DNA from: Elusimicrobiota bacterium
Lineage (GTDB): Bacteria; CG03; SLGR01; JAGXOG01
Length of the DNA: 12,023 bases
NCBI GenBank assembly: GCA_051745145.1
Contig: JBNJDT010000044.1
Location: forward strand, 1-12,023
Direction: 5' to 3'
Shown here: positions 9,096-12,023 of the stretch, one piece after another
How positions within the stretch are numbered: position 1 is the stretch's first letter
Layout of the letters: each line of letters begins with the position of its first letter
Made by a program: the position numbers and the translations under genes
The notes under the pieces: model-generated
Told to the model about the DNA's origin: nothing
The model's database searches: none
The model's input: the letters and a program-made list of their open reading frames with translations, nothing else

Positions 9096-9119
9096 GATTA
9101 CCTGTTTTATTAATTTTAC

Positions 9120-10517
9120 TTACTTGCTAACTATTTTATTGTATATTTTTTTGGCTGTAAGTTCAATTTCGGGCTTTAATTCCCGAAACTTATTTTTGTA
9201 TACTGATTTTTTAAAATGAATTTTTAATAAAGGGGCATCTTTTTTAACTACACAGTTTGCCGGCGGAACCCCGCCGCAGACTGCAAATTCACAATTATCT
9301 TTTAAATCTAATACGGAATACCCTTTTCTTATGAATTTCAAATTATTTTTGCCGTCCAGTCTGTATACCCCGGGTTTTATTCCATTGCCCAAAGTTATTT
9401 TAGAACCTTCTAAATTATGCAATATTAATTGTGCTCCCCCGTTACCTGCCATATTTCCCCTGGAATAGGCATCGTATATATTCAAATTACTGTTAAATTG
9501 AGCAATATGGTAATACACCAGCGGAACGGTGTCCCGGGCAATTTCAAGTAGAGTCAGCAAAGATGTGGAATTTTGGAATCTGGGATTTATTTCCACAGGA
9601 TAAACTCTATTTTTGTGCACTATAAAATCTATTCCCATCATCCCTAAAAAACCGTATTTTTTCATGAAATTTCCGATCTTGCCGGTAATTTTTATAATAG
9701 AGTCTTTTATTGCCAGAGGTAAATCTGCCCCTGCCGAATAGTCGTTGCCGGAAAAACCGAACCGGTGGGGATTGAGAACTTTTTGGCCTATAATCTGAAG
9801 AGAAGGTAGAGAAATATGTATATTATCCCGGCCTACCACCGCATTTATATTTACCGGGTATCCTTCCAGATAGCCGGTTGCTATTACCGGGGAGCGCTGG
9901 GACCCGTATTTTTTCTGTATTTTCCGGTAGGCTTTGCGGTTATTTATAAGATGGGTATTTTTACCCGAAGAACCTACCGGATACTGTACTACAAATTTTT
10001 CCCCTAATTTACGGACAATTTTCTTATAATTGTATTTTTGGAGCCGTAAAATTTTTCCCGGGAGCCGGGGCAATTTTAACTTATTCAGAATATCTCTTAA
10101 AAATATCTTATTGTCAAAAGTATTTTTTAAATGAACGGGGGCGGAATAAATGTTAATTTCCCCCTCTCCGGATGCAGCTTTAATCTTTTCAAGTTTATTT
10201 ACCGACCGGTACATTAAACAGGTCAGATTATTTTTAAAAAGCTTCTTAAACTCCTGACGGTCGATGCTTTTTAAAAAACTGTTTATATCTTCATTAGAAT
10301 AGTTCCTGCGTATTCCTTCTTTTTTCTCTATGGAAATAATCCTGTCCGGATTCCATAAATCTTTAAATTCCCGGCCCCAGTCGCAGGATATGATACGCTC
10401 GAAATTAATGAATTCTTTAAGGCCCAGGGCGTCATGGGCCCGCTGTCCCCACCAGGTCCAATTTTCGTTGAGATTTCTTATCTTTTTCTTTATTATTTCT
10501 AAGTTTTTCAATTTCAC
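9120..10517 (-). CDS. ATP-grasp domain protein (putative peptide/amino-acid ligase)
   Basis: 465 aa with DNKIFLR, FVVQYPVGSSGKNT, YLEGYPVNIN, FSGND and GMMGIDFIV...PVEINPRF. The annotated start is GTG at 10517. TTG at 10511 is a plausible alternative because GGAG (10520-10517) lies 5 nt before it. Confidence 0.85.
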   Translation of the reverse strand: MKLKNLEIIKKKIRNLNENWTWWGQRAHDALGLKEFINFERIISCDWGREFKDLWNPDRIISIEKKEGIRRNYSNEDINSFLKSIDRQEFKKLFKNNLTCLMYRSVNKLEKIKAASGEGEINIYSAPVHLKNTFDNKIFLRDILNKLKLPRLPGKILRLQKYNYKKIVRKLGEKFVVQYPVGSSGKNTHLINNRKAYRKIQKKYGSQRSPVIATGYLEGYPVNINAVVGRDNIHISLPSLQIIGQKVLNPHRFGFSGNDYSAGADLPLAIKDSIIKITGKIGNFMKKYGFLGMMGIDFIVHKNRVYPVEINPRFQNSTSLLTLLEIARDTVPLVYYHIAQFNSNLNIYDAYSRGNMAGNGGAQLILHNLEGSKITLGNGIKPGVYRLDGKNNLKFIRKGYSVLDLKDNCEFAVCGGVPPANCVVKKDAPLLKIHFKKSVYKNKFRELKPEIELTAKKIYNKIVSK

Positions 10518-10545
10518 TCCAGAATTATTAATTCACTGCGGCCGG

Positions 10546-11604
10546 TTAAGGCAGAAACTCGGGGAAATTTAAAATCCCCTCCCTGAGAAGTCTTCCCGCT
10601 GCATCTAAATCTTCAAAACCTATTTTTCCAGTAAAAAGAATTTTGAGATTATTTTTTTTCTGTAATATTTTTTTAGCTTTTCTGTAGCCTGTTATATAGT
10701 GAACAGCTTTAGTTAAAGCTCCGGGTTCACGGGTATTGCAGATTCCCCGGCTAACCCTTTCGGTAAGGCGGTAAGCCATTTTAGAGGGAAACCAGTTACA
10801 CAGCTTCTCATATGTTTTGCGGAAAGAATATTGTAAAGCCAGATCCACGGCTTTTAGGCGTCCGGCATAGATTTTCATCTGGCGCATCGGACAGCTGTTC
10901 ATCTTATTTTCTAAAAATACCGCCAGCCCCTCCTCGGCTTCCAGGTAGCCGGCCAGTCCCCGGTTGAATATTTCAGCCGGCTGGCGGAAACCGTTTTCTG
11001 CCCTGAACAGATGAACTTTTATTTCATGTATTTTTAATCTTTCGGCTTCCCCGGGAAAGAATTTGTAGTCTTTTTTAATAAATATTTTCTTTTTAAGGGG
11101 CTTAACGGTTACTTTAGAAGCAATATTTTCTTTTAAAATAATCTGCCAGCCCTCTATGTTAGAGGCCCTTATCTCTTTGATAAGAGATTCGCGGATCGCC
11201 CCGGCGCTCACAGATTCAGTAAAATCTTCGGAAACTGAACTATCGAGAATATTATCGGCAAAATCAACATCAGCTTTTGTGTAACAGCCATAAATTTTTT
11301 TTGAAATTTTAGATACCTGTTTGGAATTGCCTATATTTTTTAAAAGTTCAACCATCATCTCAATTTCGGCAGCTTCTCTTTTATAAAACTGTTTAAAAGG
11401 AGAGTCCGGTATTTTAACTTCCCTGAGTTTTTTTTCAGTCTCTTTTATTACATTTACGTCCAGTCCGTATCGGTATACCGGATTATAATCGGGAGAATCA
11501 AAAAACTTTTCTCTTTCCCGGGATCTGTTTACCGGTATCAGCCAGGAATAAAACGGCAAATTTTGTCTAAGCAACTTTAACTGTTTATCTGTTTTTTTAT
11601 CCAA
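10546..11604 (-). CDS. DUF1704 family zinc metallopeptidase (MATCAP-like / QEGLA-motif protein)
   Basis: 352 aa, TTG start. HEIKVH (HExxxH, 11011-11028) followed by R.ENG..QP, EEGLA (10921-10935), and a C-terminal RG...PGALTK..HYITG...LFTGKI, which matches the DUF1704 motif pattern. Confidence 0.85.
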   Translation of the reverse strand: MDKKTDKQLKLLRQNLPFYSWLIPVNRSREREKFFDSPDYNPVYRYGLDVNVIKETEKKLREVKIPDSPFKQFYKREAAEIEMMVELLKNIGNSKQVSKISKKIYGCYTKADVDFADNILDSSVSEDFTESVSAGAIRESLIKEIRASNIEGWQIILKENIASKVTVKPLKKKIFIKKDYKFFPGEAERLKIHEIKVHLFRAENGFRQPAEIFNRGLAGYLEAEEGLAVFLENKMNSCPMRQMKIYAGRLKAVDLALQYSFRKTYEKLCNWFPSKMAYRLTERVSRGICNTREPGALTKAVHYITGYRKAKKILQKKNNLKILFTGKIGFEDLDAAGRLLREGILNFPEFLP

Positions 11605-11606
11605 TA

Positions 11607-12023
11607 TTATTCCAGTTCTTTCTTAGTTGAGGCCATTACCAGCCGGGCGTGTTTTACGCCTTTTACGGCTCTTAGCTCATCAGCAAGTTTTTCTATTTTT
11701 TCATAGGGTCCTTCTACTACTATTATTTCTAAGCAGTTGTGATTATCCAGATGGACGTGCTGGCTGCATATTATTAAATTGCCGTAGGAATGCTGGATAT
11801 CAGTTAATTTATCTACCAGCTGCCTTTTGTGATGGTTGTAGACCAGCGTTACGGTACCCGATCCTGTTTCTCCCTCTTTAATATAAATATCCCGGAGCTG
11901 TTTTCTTATTAAATCCCCGATAGCTTTTGACCGGGTGGGGTAGCCTTTTTCAGCTATGTATTTATCAAATTTATCTAAAAGTTTTTTGTTTAAGGATACG
12001 CCGAATCTTTTAATATCTGACAT
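11607..12023 (-). CDS. nikR: Nickel-responsive transcriptional regulator NikR
   Basis: Ribbon-helix-helix KRFGVSL...RSKAIGDLIR and ACT-like domain LVYNHH...IQH...HVHLDNHNCLE with the His/His/His/Cys nickel ligands. The ATG is at the window edge, so the promoter is not visible. Confidence 0.95.
   Translation of the reverse strand: MSDIKRFGVSLNKKLLDKFDKYIAEKGYPTRSKAIGDLIRKQLRDIYIKEGETGSGTVTLVYNHHKRQLVDKLTDIQHSYGNLIICSQHVHLDNHNCLEIIVVEGPYEKIEKLADELRAVKGVKHARLVMASTKKELE

Noticed and set aside
9070..9119. Possible NikR operator half-site TATGA at 9073-9077
   Set aside because: There is no matching TCATA half-site at the expected spacing of about 16 nt.
9120..10517. Calling ATP-grasp 1 a biotin carboxylase or carbamoyl-phosphate synthetase
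   Set aside because: Only the generic EINPR motif is shared. The family-specific motifs (for example ANRGEIA, RLQVEH) and partner subunits are absent.
979..11881. All plus-strand ORFs in the track (979-1404, 1447-1725, 1674-1967, 3871-4095, 6495-6770, 6758-7024, 6972-7154, 8285-8572, 8849-9049, 9816-10007, 10330-10572, 11627-11881)
   Set aside because: They lie antisense to well-supported minus-strand genes, have shadow-ORF composition (rich in Ser/Phe/Ile/Leu) and show no recognisable motifs.
1..12023. CRISPR arrays, tRNA/rRNA, riboswitches (cobalamin, SAM), IS elements
   Set aside because: No intergenic gap exceeds 50 nt, and I saw no spaced direct repeats, terminal inverted repeats or transposase/integrase motifs.

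Overview
AT-rich bacterial window with eleven genes, all on the minus strand and packed with overlaps or gaps of 50 nt or less, so probably one operon. In transcription order (12023 to 31): nikR; a DUF1704/MATCAP-like HExxxH...EEGLA metallo-carboxypeptidase; ATP-grasp ligase 1; a highly divergent probable ATP-grasp ligase 2; cobO/btuR corrinoid adenosyltransferase; an exported LolA/DUF2092-like + CxxC-less thioredoxin-like + beta-propeller fusion protein; a complete CUT1 carbohydrate ABC importer (lipoprotein SBP, two permeases, MalK-like ATPase); and metF. The most interesting element is the peptidase plus two ATP-grasp module. It looks like a writer/eraser pair for amino-acid tagging, analogous to tubulin TTL/TTLL with MATCAP, or like a peptide/cofactor-tailoring pathway. 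An unannotated 9-codon ORF (MYREDGSYR) sits between the two ligase genes and overlaps the start of the second. The palindrome CCGG is strongly over-represented. I saw no RNA genes, mobile elements or CRISPR arrays. All family calls come from motif recognition by eye, not from database searches.
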